Assembly: GCA_046052125.1 (NCBI GenBank) | Contig: JBJOMY010000001.1 | Coordinates: 704,001-768,000 of the forward strand | Source: Cyanobacteriota bacterium | GTDB lineage: Bacteria > Cyanobacteriota > Cyanobacteriia > PCC-6307 > Cyanobiaceae | Direction of reading: 5' to 3' | DNA: 64,000 nucleotides | Shown: positions 17,667 through 26,784 of the stretch, piece by piece | How positions within the stretch are numbered: the stretch's first letter is position 1 | Layout: each line of letters opens with the position of its first letter | Translations under genes and position numbers: made by a program | The notes under the pieces: model-generated | Database searches by the model: none | Told to the model about the DNA's origin: nothing | What the model saw: only the letters and a program-made list of their open reading frames with translations

Positions 17667-18734
17667 TCAGCGCCTGGCCTCCTGAGCGAACTGCTCAGCG
17701 GCCTTGCCGGGCTCACCGAGTCCGGCGGCTTCCAGGAGTTCTGCCAGCCGTTGCTTCTCAGAGGCGGGGAGGTCAAAGGCCTCCATGCCCTGACAACGCC
17801 AGGCGTGATCCCCCCAGACCAGGAGCTTGCGAGCGCGAGCGAAGTCCGGGTGGTGAATGACGGCCAGGTGGCCGCTGCCCACCTCTGGAGTGTTCCCACC
17901 GATTCCGCCACAGAGCCACCCGGAGTAAGGCGCCGTTGAAAGAGCCGTCTGGCCCTGGTTTCCCCAGCAGAAGACGTGCCAGAACTCCACCCCCAGACCC
18001 GCTGCTTTGCGATCAGCGCTGAGGAGGGCCATGGCGCAATCGGCGCCGTTGCGGCCCTGGGGGTAGGTCAAGCGCCAGAACTCAGGCACGTGCCGTAGGG
18101 CGCTGATCAGCACCGCCCAGAAGGCCTCGGCGCCGCCGGCGTGGCGGATCGCCTTCTGCAGCCGGCTGGCCAAAGCCGATCCCGTGGGGTTGTAAGCGGG
18201 CCAGGTCTGGGGCTTGTGTTGGTTGTAGGTGGCAACGAACTGAGCGATCAACGAGCTTTGTGGAGGCGTGTTATCCGGCTCAGCTGAGGGTTCCGGCTCA
18301 GTGGCTGGAGTCGCCTCTGGCTCTGCTGGCGCGAGGGTCGATCCCGGCGCTTTGCATGCTTGTGGTGCTTCCTGGGGCTCTGGCCCCCCAACGGCTACCG
18401 CGCTCAGATCTGCGTCCTCGTCCTCCAGGAGGGGCTCATTCAGGTAAATCCGCGTGCCATGAATACCGCTGCTGTAGGTCAGCCAGCCCAGGGTCCTCAG
18501 ATCCTGAAGGTCTTCTCTGAGCAGCCGCGGTTGCAGATGCCAAGCCGCTGCTAGATCCCGCAGCACCAGGTGCACTTCACGGCCTTCGCGCGCACGAAAT
18601 TGCAGATGGCCATAGAGCTGGGCAACGCGCAAGCAACGGCTTGCCCCCGTCGATCCACGCAGCTCACGCCCCTGCTGTTGCAGGGCTCGATACGTGCGAT
18701 CAATGCCGTCAGTGCTAAGGGCGTAGAAACGCAT
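17667..18734 (-). CDS. Putative replication initiator (N-terminal wHTH-like region, Pro/Glu linker)
   Basis: First gene of the operon with helicase and primase; HTH-like 'LRDLAAAWHLQPRLLREDLQDLRTLGWL'; function inferred from context. Confidence 0.55.
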   Translation of the reverse strand: MRFYALSTDGIDRTYRALQQQGRELRGSTGASRCLRVAQLYGHLQFRAREGREVHLVLRDLAAAWHLQPRLLREDLQDLRTLGWLTYSSGIHGTRIYLNEPLLEDEDADLSAVAVGGPEPQEAPQACKAPGSTLAPAEPEATPATEPEPSAEPDNTPPQSSLIAQFVATYNQHKPQTWPAYNPTGSALASRLQKAIRHAGGAEAFWAVLISALRHVPEFWRLTYPQGRNGADCAMALLSADRKAAGLGVEFWHVFCWGNQGQTALSTAPYSGWLCGGIGGNTPEVGSGHLAVIHHPDFARARKLLVWGDHAWRCQGMEAFDLPASEKQRLAELLEAAGLGEPGKAAEQFAQEARR

Positions 18735-18884
18735 GGAGCGGATCAGGAGGACATGCTCCTGTCGTCATGCCGGAGGCTACCGGGGGCAACCTGCACACCC
18801 TCCCTGGAGCGGCTCGAGGCAGCGAGCTGTTCTGTCTTGCTTCTGAGTCCTGATCCTTCAGCCGCTTGCGTTTGTTATGGCTGT

Positions 18885-19005
18885 TGTTCTTTAAACCTTA
18901 TAGATCTATAGATGGTGGACCTCTCCGTTCCCTTTGAAGGAACTCTCCGGCTCCTATCAAGCGAACTCAGCGGTCTCATCAAGGAACCTGTCAGGTTCTC
19001 ATCGA
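18885..19005. repeat. Candidate replication origin: AT-rich palindrome plus four ~22-bp degenerate direct repeats
   Basis: tatagatctata (18899-18910); units start at 18917, 18939, 18961 and 18983 (ggacctctccgttccctttgaa / ggaactctccggctcctatcaa / gcgaactcagcggtctcatcaa / ggaacctgtcaggttctcatcga). Confidence 0.6.
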
Positions 19006-19205
19006 GGATTCGGGAGGTTCTTTCCAGACCAACGCCGCACTGCCACTAAATCCGCTACTTCCAGATCGGGCAAGTCCGCCAGGATCTGCGCGCTGCTCAG
19101 ACCAGCGGCATAGAGCTCGAGAATGTCGGCCACGCGGATCCGCATCCCGCGGATGCAGGGCCTACCGCCGCACTGCTGAGGGTTGGTGGTGATCCGATCA
19201 CGCAT
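18999..19205 (-). CDS. Orphan DUF433 protein (C-terminus possibly truncated)
   Basis: 'RITTNPQQCGGRPCIRGMRIRVADILELYAAGLS...ILADLPDLE'; no partner toxin downstream. Confidence 0.75.
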   Translation of the reverse strand: MRDRITTNPQQCGGRPCIRGMRIRVADILELYAAGLSSAQILADLPDLEVADLVAVRRWSGKNLPNPR

Positions 19206-19872
19206 GCCTGCACCCTAGGTGCGCTGGACGGAGCTGTTGACGACATCGGTTACAGCGCCACACCCCCTGAGCCATGACCCCTCGGTGCCCTCTCACCGCC
19301 CGCGGGGGGTCTAGCGAGTGCCACAGGGCCGCACTCCTCACGCGCGGCTTTCGACGGCTCTCCGGTTCTGCAGACCCTGGGGGCTCGTTGGGTGTTGGGT
19401 GCTGGCGAATCAGGCGGGAGATCCTGCAACGCGCTTGAGGCAGTCGTCCATCACTCCCGCCGATGCGACGCCATGAACTGCTTTACCCCAACCCCTGACG
19501 GGACATACGTCGCTCTCCCGCAAAAGCGCCGCGATGCAGAAGACCGGCCTGGCAGAAGCTCTGGCCAAGGATCTGCTGCACAGCCTCGAAGGCTGGCTGT
19601 CCTATGGCGTGTTGCTGGTGGTGCCATTCCTGATCTGCCGCTACTTCCATCTCTGATCGAGCAGCCCAGTCTGTCGAGGTCGAGTATCTCGATGCCATGG
19701 CCATCGGACTGCTCAACGCAGAAGACACGATCAAACACGTGCAAGACGTGAGGCCTTTGCAAGAGCGGCGATCCATGGGACAGGCATGGTTGACACAGAG
19801 CGCCTCACGCTTTTTCCCACGAGCAAAGCGATGGCCAGACTCGCTAAACCTGCCTGGCCACGATTGCAGCGC

Positions 19873-22680
19873 TTAGGGGTTATCGGATGTCGCACTGCGT
19901 CGCCACAGGCGCCACACCTTCTCCAGTTCCAGATACAGGAAGAACAACAGGCTGAAGCCCACGCAGATCAGAAGGTCATGGCCGCTGAGCGGCGTTGTTC
20001 CGAAGAACGTGGAGAGGGCTGGCACATACAGCAGTAACAACTGCAAGCCCGAGGTCAGAACGACGGCCCAGATCAGCCAGGGGTTGGAGAAGGGCGCTAC
20101 CTGGACCAGGGGCAGGTCGCTGCGGGCTGAGAGGGCATGGCCCATCTGAGCCAGGCAGAGGGTGGTGAACACCATCGTTGCCCAGGGGGCGTCATGGCGT
20201 GCGGCGTAAAGCATCAAACCGATCACGATCACGGCGAACACCACACCGATGCGCAGGATGTAGCGGCCGATGCCCCGCGCAAAGATCGATTCACCGGGTT
20301 CGGCAGGCGCCTTCTCCATCAGCCCCTGCTCGCCGGGCTCCAGGGCCAGAGCCAGGGCCGGCACGCCGTCGGTCACCAGATTCATCCACAGGATCTGCAG
20401 CGGCGTCAGCGGCACACCCACCAGGCCCAGAAGCGGTGCTGAGGCGATCGTGATCAGCTCGCCCACATTGCTGCCGAGGATGTACTTCACGAAGCGGCGG
20501 ATGTTGGCGTAGACCAACCGCCCCTCCTCCACGGCATTCACGATCGTGGCGAAGTTGTCATCGAGCAGCACCATGTCGGCGGCTTCCTTGCTCACCTCGG
20601 TGCCGGTGATGCCCATCGCCACGCCGATGTGCGCCTGCTTGAGCGCCGGGGCGTCGTTGACGCCATCGCCGGTCATCGCCACCACCTGGCCATTGGCCTG
20701 GAGGGCCTTCACGATCCGGAGCTTCTGCTCGGGCGGTACGCGGGCGTAGACGTTGCAGCGCGCCACTGCCTCCTTCAGGGCGGGCTCATCCATCGCCTCA
20801 AGCTCACGGCCGAGGATTACCTCGCCGCTGCTGTCGGTCAGGCCGATCGCCGAGCCGATCGCGCGGGCGGTGAGCGGGTGATCACCCGTGATCATCACCG
20901 GGCGAATCCCCGCCTGGCGGCAGGTAGCCACAGCCTCCGCAACCTCTGGACGGGCCGGATCCAGCTGAGCCATCAAGCCCAGAAAGATCTGACCATTGAG
21001 GTCATGGTCGGGGCTTTGGTGGTGGGGAGCGCAGGCGAACGCCAGGACCCGCAGTCCACTGGCTGCTAGTTGCTGAGCCTGCTCCAGCCACCACTCACGC
21101 TGAGCTCCTCCCATGGAGATCACGCCGGAGCCATCGACCCAGCGATCGCAGTGGCTCACGATCACTTCCGGTGCGCCCTTGCAGATCAGGAGACGATCGG
21201 AGCCGGCGCCAGCGGTCCCGAGCGGCGCCTGCAGTTCGCCGCGGGGATCCTCGATCCACACCGCCATCAGCTGCCGCTCAGAGCTGAACGGGATCTCGCC
21301 GTCGCGGCGGAAGTGGCTGCGCAGCTCGAAGTCATCGATGCCAACCTTCTGAGCCACCACCGACAGGGCGCCCTCGGTGGGATCGCCCAGGACATCCCAG
21401 CTGCCGTCGGCCTCTTGCTTCAGCTCGGCATCACTGCAGAGCACACCGGCGTTCAGAAGCAGGGTTTGCAGCCCCTTGGCGGCACCAGGCTCACAGCCTT
21501 GAGGCTGGGCGAGCGCGGATTCGATGAAATCACCGGTTGGTACATAGCCCTGGCCCGTGACCTCAACCCTGGAGGTTCCGAGGCGCAGTTCCTGCACCAC
21601 CTGGCGGTTCTGGGTGAGGGTGCCGGTCTTATCCGAGCAGATCACGGTCACCGAGCCCAGGCCCTCCACCGCCGGCAGGCGGCGGATCAGGGCAGCGCGG
21701 CGCACCATGCGCTGGGTGCCGATCGCCAGGGTCACGGTGATCACTGCCGGGAGGCCCTCGGGCACGATCGCCACCGCCATCGACAGCGACACCTCCAGCA
21801 GGTTGAGTGGGTCCTGCTTGAGGAGCAGGCCGAGTGCCACCACCAGCGCCACAAGAGCGAGCGCGCTGCCCACGAGCACCTTGGCTAAGCCATCGAGACG
21901 TTCCTGGAGCGGCGTGCTCTCGCCGCCGGCGGTGTTGATCAACTCAGCGATCTGGCCCAGTTCGGTCGCCATACCGGTGGCAGTGACGACGGCGACACTG
22001 CGACCACGCACCACTTCCGTGCCCTGGAACAAGCAGTTCTGCCGCTCCAGAACCGGCGTGCCCTCCTCGAGCACCAGGTCGGCCCGTTTGAACACGGCTT
22101 CTGCTTCACCGGTCAGGGCGGCCTCCCGCACCCCCAGGTCGGCGACCTCGATCAGACGGGCATCGGCCGGAACGCGATCACCGGCCTCCAGGCGAATCAG
22201 ATCGCCAGGCACAAGCAGTTCACTACTTAGACGCTGCCAGCTGCCATCGCGGCGGACTTGCACCAGGGGCTGCGCCATGTCACGCAGCGCCAGCAGTGCC
22301 TGTTGGGCCTTGCTCTCCTGCAGGTAGCCAAGCAGGCCGTTGAGGACCACGATCACCAGGATGGCGATGGCGTCCTTGGGGAATTCCTGCTGGTGGATCG
22401 AGACAGCCGCTGACACAGCGGCCACCGCCAGCAACATGATCAACATCACGTTGCTGAACTGATCCCAGAGGATCTGCCAGTTGCTGCGGCCCGCCGAAAG
22501 TTCCAATCGGTTGGGGCCGCCGTCGGCCAGGCGACGCGCGCTCTCAGCGGTCGACAGGCCCTCGGGACTGCAGCTCAGCTGCTTCAGGGCATCGGGAACC
22601 GCCAGCGCATGCCAAGGCGTTGTGCGTTGCGGGTCCAAGGCTCGGTGGGCAAACGGGCGAGACCCTAAGGCAATCGACAC
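19873..22680 (-). CDS. P-type IIA cation (Ca2+-type, PacL-like) transporting ATPase
   Basis: 'TGE', 'VPEGL', 'CSDKTGTLT', 'KGAPE', '[12 protein letters not shown]', '[11 protein letters not shown]'. Confidence 0.95.
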   Translation of the reverse strand: MSIALGSRPFAHRALDPQRTTPWHALAVPDALKQLSCSPEGLSTAESARRLADGGPNRLELSAGRSNWQILWDQFSNVMLIMLLAVAAVSAAVSIHQQEFPKDAIAILVIVVLNGLLGYLQESKAQQALLALRDMAQPLVQVRRDGSWQRLSSELLVPGDLIRLEAGDRVPADARLIEVADLGVREAALTGEAEAVFKRADLVLEEGTPVLERQNCLFQGTEVVRGRSVAVVTATGMATELGQIAELINTAGGESTPLQERLDGLAKVLVGSALALVALVVALGLLLKQDPLNLLEVSLSMAVAIVPEGLPAVITVTLAIGTQRMVRRAALIRRLPAVEGLGSVTVICSDKTGTLTQNRQVVQELRLGTSRVEVTGQGYVPTGDFIESALAQPQGCEPGAAKGLQTLLLNAGVLCSDAELKQEADGSWDVLGDPTEGALSVVAQKVGIDDFELRSHFRRDGEIPFSSERQLMAVWIEDPRGELQAPLGTAGAGSDRLLICKGAPEVIVSHCDRWVDGSGVISMGGAQREWWLEQAQQLAASGLRVLAFACAPHHQSPDHDLNGQIFLGLMAQLDPARPEVAEAVATCRQAGIRPVMITGDHPLTARAIGSAIGLTDSSGEVILGRELEAMDEPALKEAVARCNVYARVPPEQKLRIVKALQANGQVVAMTGDGVNDAPALKQAHIGVAMGITGTEVSKEAADMVLLDDNFATIVNAVEEGRLVYANIRRFVKYILGSNVGELITIASAPLLGLVGVPLTPLQILWMNLVTDGVPALALALEPGEQGLMEKAPAEPGESIFARGIGRYILRIGVVFAVIVIGLMLYAARHDAPWATMVFTTLCLAQMGHALSARSDLPLVQVAPFSNPWLIWAVVLTSGLQLLLLYVPALSTFFGTTPLSGHDLLICVGFSLLFFLYLELEKVWRLWRRSATSDNP

Positions 22681-22880
22681 GCTGTTTTGGCCGAAAGCGT
22701 CTGCTGGAGAGAGCGGACGGGCGGACTTCGGCAGCAGGCGTTAACGATCGGTGCTCCGCTTCTGATCGTGCAACCAGGCGTGGACGCCCAGGCTTGTGAG
22801 TGCTTGGCCGGTTGGCCACCGCAGTAACCCAACCCGGCCGAACGGCGCAAGGGTGAAACCACGGGGAATGCTCCCGGCAG

Positions 22881-23828
22881 ATGCCGCCCGTCCCCATGCC
22901 CCCTCGTCACGCCCCCGTTGCCTCCACCGTGAAGACCTGGCTGAACACCAGCAGTGCCCATCGCCCGCTGTGCGAACGCACGGTGATGGAGCTCTCGCGC
23001 CGGATTCAGCGTTGGCAACAACACCCCGATGGCCCAAGCCATGCCCCCAAGCCCGTGCGCCGCAGTGCCCTGCGGGCCCGTGAGCAGTTGGTGCGCCACA
23101 ACCTGGGCCTGGTGGCCCACACCTGGGGCCGCCACCGCTGCAGCCTGCCCGCCCATGACGACACCACCGCCGATGCGCTGCAGGAAGCGGCGCTGAATCT
23201 GGTGCGCGCAGCAGAAAAGTTTGATCCAGCCAAGGGTTACCGGTTCTCCACTTACGCCACCTTCTGGGTGCGGCGGGGGTTCGCGGAGTTTGAACAACGC
23301 GCCAAACGCGCGATTCGCTTCCCGGCGGAGAAGGCAGCGGTGGTGCTCAAAGCGCTGCGCCTGAGTCAGCAACACCAGAGCAGCACGGGCGATGAACCGG
23401 AACTGGAGTGGTTAGCGGCTCAGCTCAAGTTCGATGGCAAAGCCATGAACACCAAGCAGCTGGCGGAGTTCATCCGCCAGTGGGATGCCACCCGCACCGG
23501 ATCCCTCGATGGCGCCGAGGAGGACGGCGACGAGAGGGGCACTTCCACCCGACTGGATCAGGCGTCTCTGCAGCATGCGAGTGCTCAGGAGCAAGCATCA
23601 GAAGCCGACCCACAACACGCGGCCCTGCCGCAGTTGATGAACTGCCTGGATGAGCAGGAGTACCGCATGATCCGCAACCGATACCTGCGCCGCCCGCCCC
23701 TGAGCCCCTGTCAGTTGCGCCGCTCCATGGGCGGAATGGAGCCGCACCAGATGCAGCAGTTGGAAGCAACGGCCCTGGGCAAATTGCGCCAAGCGGCCAC
23801 AGAGCACGACCTCAAGATTCAGGACTGA
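22881..23828 (+). CDS. sigma-70 family factor (RpoD-like region 2, divergent region 4)
   Basis: 'REQLVRHNLGLV...LQEAALNLVRAAEKFDPAKGYRFSTYATFWVRR' and C-terminal 'QQLEATALGKLR'. Confidence 0.88.
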   Translation: MPPVPMPPRHAPVASTVKTWLNTSSAHRPLCERTVMELSRRIQRWQQHPDGPSHAPKPVRRSALRAREQLVRHNLGLVAHTWGRHRCSLPAHDDTTADALQEAALNLVRAAEKFDPAKGYRFSTYATFWVRRGFAEFEQRAKRAIRFPAEKAAVVLKALRLSQQHQSSTGDEPELEWLAAQLKFDGKAMNTKQLAEFIRQWDATRTGSLDGAEEDGDERGTSTRLDQASLQHASAQEQASEADPQHAALPQLMNCLDEQEYRMIRNRYLRRPPLSPCQLRRSMGGMEPHQMQQLEATALGKLRQAATEHDLKIQD

Positions 23829-23948
23829 TCCATCCCCAGCCAGCGGTTGGCCGTACAACGCCCGGGGGCCAGTTGTCCTCAGGCGTTTGTGGTATGTGGC
23901 GCAGATCTGGGCTGCGTGGCTACAGCGAGGGGGTTGCCGATTGGCGGC

Positions 23949-24695
23949 ATGACTCCTGGTGAAATCTGCACCACCCTGCTCACCCACAAGCAACGGGTGG
24001 CAGAGGCGGCTCACGGGTGGACGGTGGTGATTTGCAGCGCCGACAACGAACTCGTTGCCATGGCGGCCCTACTGGTGCCCCACTGCTCTCTGGCGGCGGG
24101 TTCCATTGCAGACCTGCTCGCCGGCTTGCCCGCGGGGAGCGAGCGATTGCTGGTGATCTGCGACGACGCGCTCCCCGATGGCGGTGCGACAGAGCTGATG
24201 GAGCAGCTGCGGGCGGCTCAGCCCCAAGCCACCTGCCGCTTTCTGGCCTATCTCCCCAGGACCATGGCGCCCGAGAGGCTCGAGCAAATGCTCGCCCATG
24301 GCTGCGATGCAATCTGTTGCCGCAGCAGCGGCGGAACGGGCACGGTGCTCAGCACCTTGGTGCAGGCGCTCCACGGGCAGCAGAGCGTCGATGAAGTCTT
24401 TCGCCGGCGTCTGCGGCGCGGGTCTTGCGGCCATCGCCAGCCGCTGCTCAAGCCCGCTGAACAGGAGTTGGTGCTGCTCGTTGCTCGCGGGCACAAGGCA
24501 CCGCAAATTGCGGCCCTGCGGCAGAGACGCTGCGACACCATCCGGCGTCAGCTGAGCGCCATCTACCGCAAGACCGGGGTGCGTGATCAACGCGGGCTGA
24601 TCGCCTGGGCACTGGCCCATGGCGTGATCAGGCCACTGGATCTCGACTCAGGAATCCATCAAGCCAGGATCACTGAGATCAGGCAACGGCCTTAG
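23949..24695 (+). CDS. LuxR/NarL-family response regulator
   Basis: Receiver-like 'LLVICDDALPDG' and HTH 'EQELVLLVARGHKAPQIA...TIRRQLSAIYRKTGV'. Confidence 0.8.
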   Translation: MTPGEICTTLLTHKQRVAEAAHGWTVVICSADNELVAMAALLVPHCSLAAGSIADLLAGLPAGSERLLVICDDALPDGGATELMEQLRAAQPQATCRFLAYLPRTMAPERLEQMLAHGCDAICCRSSGGTGTVLSTLVQALHGQQSVDEVFRRRLRRGSCGHRQPLLKPAEQELVLLVARGHKAPQIAALRQRRCDTIRRQLSAIYRKTGVRDQRGLIAWALAHGVIRPLDLDSGIHQARITEIRQRP

Positions 24696-24704
24696 CGTGG
24701 AGTC

Positions 24705-24935
24705 ATGGATCTGCTTGATCGCATCACCGTCGACCCAGCCATCCGGTTTGGGAAGCCCTGCGTGCGGGGGACCCGACTCACGGTTGGTGATGTTCTGGGC
24801 ACCCTGGCTGCCGGCTGCAGTGAGACCGAGCTGCTTGAGGACTTCCCACAGCTCAGCCATGAGGATGTGTTGGCTTGCATGGCCTTTGCCGCTGAACGTG
24901 AACGCACCTTGATGGTGTCCACGGGGGTGGGTTGA
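24705..24935 (+). CDS. DUF433 family antitoxin
   Basis: 'RITVDPAIRFGKPCVRGTRLTV...DFPQLSHEDVLACMAFAA'. Confidence 0.9.
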   Translation: MDLLDRITVDPAIRFGKPCVRGTRLTVGDVLGTLAAGCSETELLEDFPQLSHEDVLACMAFAAERERTLMVSTGVG

Positions 24936-25282
24936 GCCTCAAGCTGCTTCTCGACGAGAACCTTTCTGAGCGTTTGCTTCCGCTGCTCAGCGAAGCGTTT
25001 CCAGATTCGAGCCACATCCGCTTACTCGGTCTCGGCGGTGTCGATGACCGCTCCGTCTGGGAGGAGGCCCGTGCTGGTGGCTATCTGCTGCTGACCAAGG
25101 ACGACGATTTCCTTGGAATGAGCCTGAGCCTCGGCTGGCCACCAAAGGTGGTCTGTCTGGCCATTGGCAATGCCTCGAATGCAGCCACAGCCCGGCTGAT
25201 CCTTTCAAGGCTGGAGGAGATTCGCTACTTCAACGACCATCCAGAAGCCGGCTTCCTCCTCCTCAAGCCAGCCTCTGGATGA
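24932..25282 (+). CDS. DUF5615 family PIN-like toxin
   Basis: 'KLLLDENLS...DDRSVWEEA...LLTKDDDF...PPKVV'; 4-nt overlap with the DUF433 gene. Confidence 0.88.
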   Translation: MSLKLLLDENLSERLLPLLSEAFPDSSHIRLLGLGGVDDRSVWEEARAGGYLLLTKDDDFLGMSLSLGWPPKVVCLAIGNASNAATARLILSRLEEIRYFNDHPEAGFLLLKPASG

Positions 25283-25315
25283 TCCAGTGTTGAACGCTGA
25301 TCAGCGTCAATGGTT

Positions 25316-25771
25316 TCAGGCCGCCGCTCCTGAACGGTGCACTGCTGCTGAAACGGAAACCAACGCGTTCCGCCGCGGCAGATGGCAACAGGCACCGGAG
25401 CCAACCAACACATCACTGAGCCGCTTGGCCGCCAGGAGTGCATCGAGCTCGATGAGTTGCACCGCCTCGCGCTGACGCGGAAGCCAACCGGCGAGCAAGC
25501 CGCGATCACCCAGGGGCAGGGGTTTGGGTAGCTCGAGTCGTTGGCCGAGGAACGGCAACCAGCGCTCAACGCCATCGGCCTCACGCCACGGTTCAAAGCT
25601 GGCCACCTCCACCAGCTGCTTGAGCGTGGACTCGCCGTAGCTGAGGGACGTCAAATACATCACGTCCTTGAGCTGTTCAGCCTCAAGGGCAAGGGGCATC
25701 CAGAAGCCGCGATCGGCGGCGTTCTCGATCGCATCACGGTGGTGATGGGTGAGCAGAACCTTGGTGGTCAT
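25316..25771 (-). CDS. hypothetical protein
   Basis: 151-aa ORF with ATG start and protein-like composition. Confidence 0.6.
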   Translation of the reverse strand: MTTKVLLTHHHRDAIENAADRGFWMPLALEAEQLKDVMYLTSLSYGESTLKQLVEVASFEPWREADGVERWLPFLGQRLELPKPLPLGDRGLLAGWLPRQREAVQLIELDALLAAKRLSDVLVGSGACCHLPRRNALVSVSAAVHRSGAAA

Positions 25772-25825
25772 GGCAGCGAGGAATCACTGCACCGGTTCTG
25801 GCTTTGCGGTCCTCAGTGACACCGC

Positions 25826-25885
25826 CCACAGGTGTGGCATCACCAGCGCCACAGACGTGGGATCCACAGGCCACAGGTGTGGCAT
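25826..25885. promoter_or_regulatory. Array of three CCACA-N2-(T/C)GTGG palindromes
   Basis: ccacaggtgtgg at 25826 and 25871, ccacagacgtgg at 25849; spacing 23 and 22 bp; lies in a divergent intergenic region. Confidence 0.6.
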
Positions 25886-26254
25886 GGCTGTCTCTGGTGG
25901 AACAACACCAGCCAGTCGGGATCGGTGATTCCACGCACAGCGGGGGGCCAGCGAGCAGCCATTCCGTCAGCCTTTCTTCCAGCCAGATCGCCCCAACCGC
26001 AGCCCCAGCACCACCGCAACGGGGGCCCTGCCCCCCTCGGAACCCTATGGGGCGTTGCTTGTTGTTCATGCCTGTTGAGTTCCGAGGTGCCGCCATTGGC
26101 GGGGTGATGGCACTGGTGGTGCAGGCGTGTGGGCCGACACCGCTCGGGGCGGTGGTGCGTGGGGCGTTGGTGCAGCCCATGCATGCCCGCCAATCCATTG
26201 CAGCGCAAGGAGTTCAAGGCAAGGCCAATAGCCTCCCGCACCTGCAAACCACGC

Positions 26255-26695
26255 ATGCCCAAACGCTGTCTGCGCCGGCCGATGACCAGTGAGCAGCGGG
26301 CGTTTGCCTGCAAGCACCTGGGCCTGGCGCATCAACAGGCGCACCGCTTTGCGCGCCGTTGGTCGATGGCCGTCGACGACCTGATTGGCCCCGCCTACGA
26401 GGGTCTTTGTAAGGGTGCGATTGGCTTTGATCCCACGCTGGGGCATCGCCCCTCCAGCTATCTCGTCCCGAAGGTGAAAGGCGAGTTGCTGCACTACCTG
26501 CGCGACACGGGCTTCTCGCTGCGCATCAGCCACCGGCTGCGGGAGCTGTGGATCAAAGCGCGCCGATACGTCGCCCAGGGCCTCAGCGATCAGCAGATCG
26601 CCGATCAACTCCAAGTGCCCCTGGAGCGCTGGCTGGATTGTCGCCGCGCCTGCGGACAACGGCCGATTCCGCTGCATGAACTCCAGCGCGATTAA
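26255..26695 (+). CDS. Short sigma-70 family protein (SigF/SigB-like regions 2-3, no region 4)
   Basis: 'DDLIGPAYEGLCKGAIGFDPTLGHRPSSYLVPKVKGELLHYLRD' and 'SDQQIADQLQV'; start at 26255 or 26282. Confidence 0.8.
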   Translation: MPKRCLRRPMTSEQRAFACKHLGLAHQQAHRFARRWSMAVDDLIGPAYEGLCKGAIGFDPTLGHRPSSYLVPKVKGELLHYLRDTGFSLRISHRLRELWIKARRYVAQGLSDQQIADQLQVPLERWLDCRRACGQRPIPLHELQRD

Positions 26696-26784
26696 GCGCT
26701 GAGCTGCACACCACTCCGGAACCCTTTGGGGTCTCAGCAGCTTGTTCAACCACCCCCAGTAGCCTCCCGCACCTGCATCTCTCT

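Noticed and set aside
18917..19005. 22-bp repeats as a CRISPR array
   Set aside because: Repeats are contiguous and degenerate, with no spacers and no cas genes
19392..19776. ORFs between the orphan DUF433 and the ATPase
   Set aside because: Overlapping short ORFs on both strands with no recognisable motif
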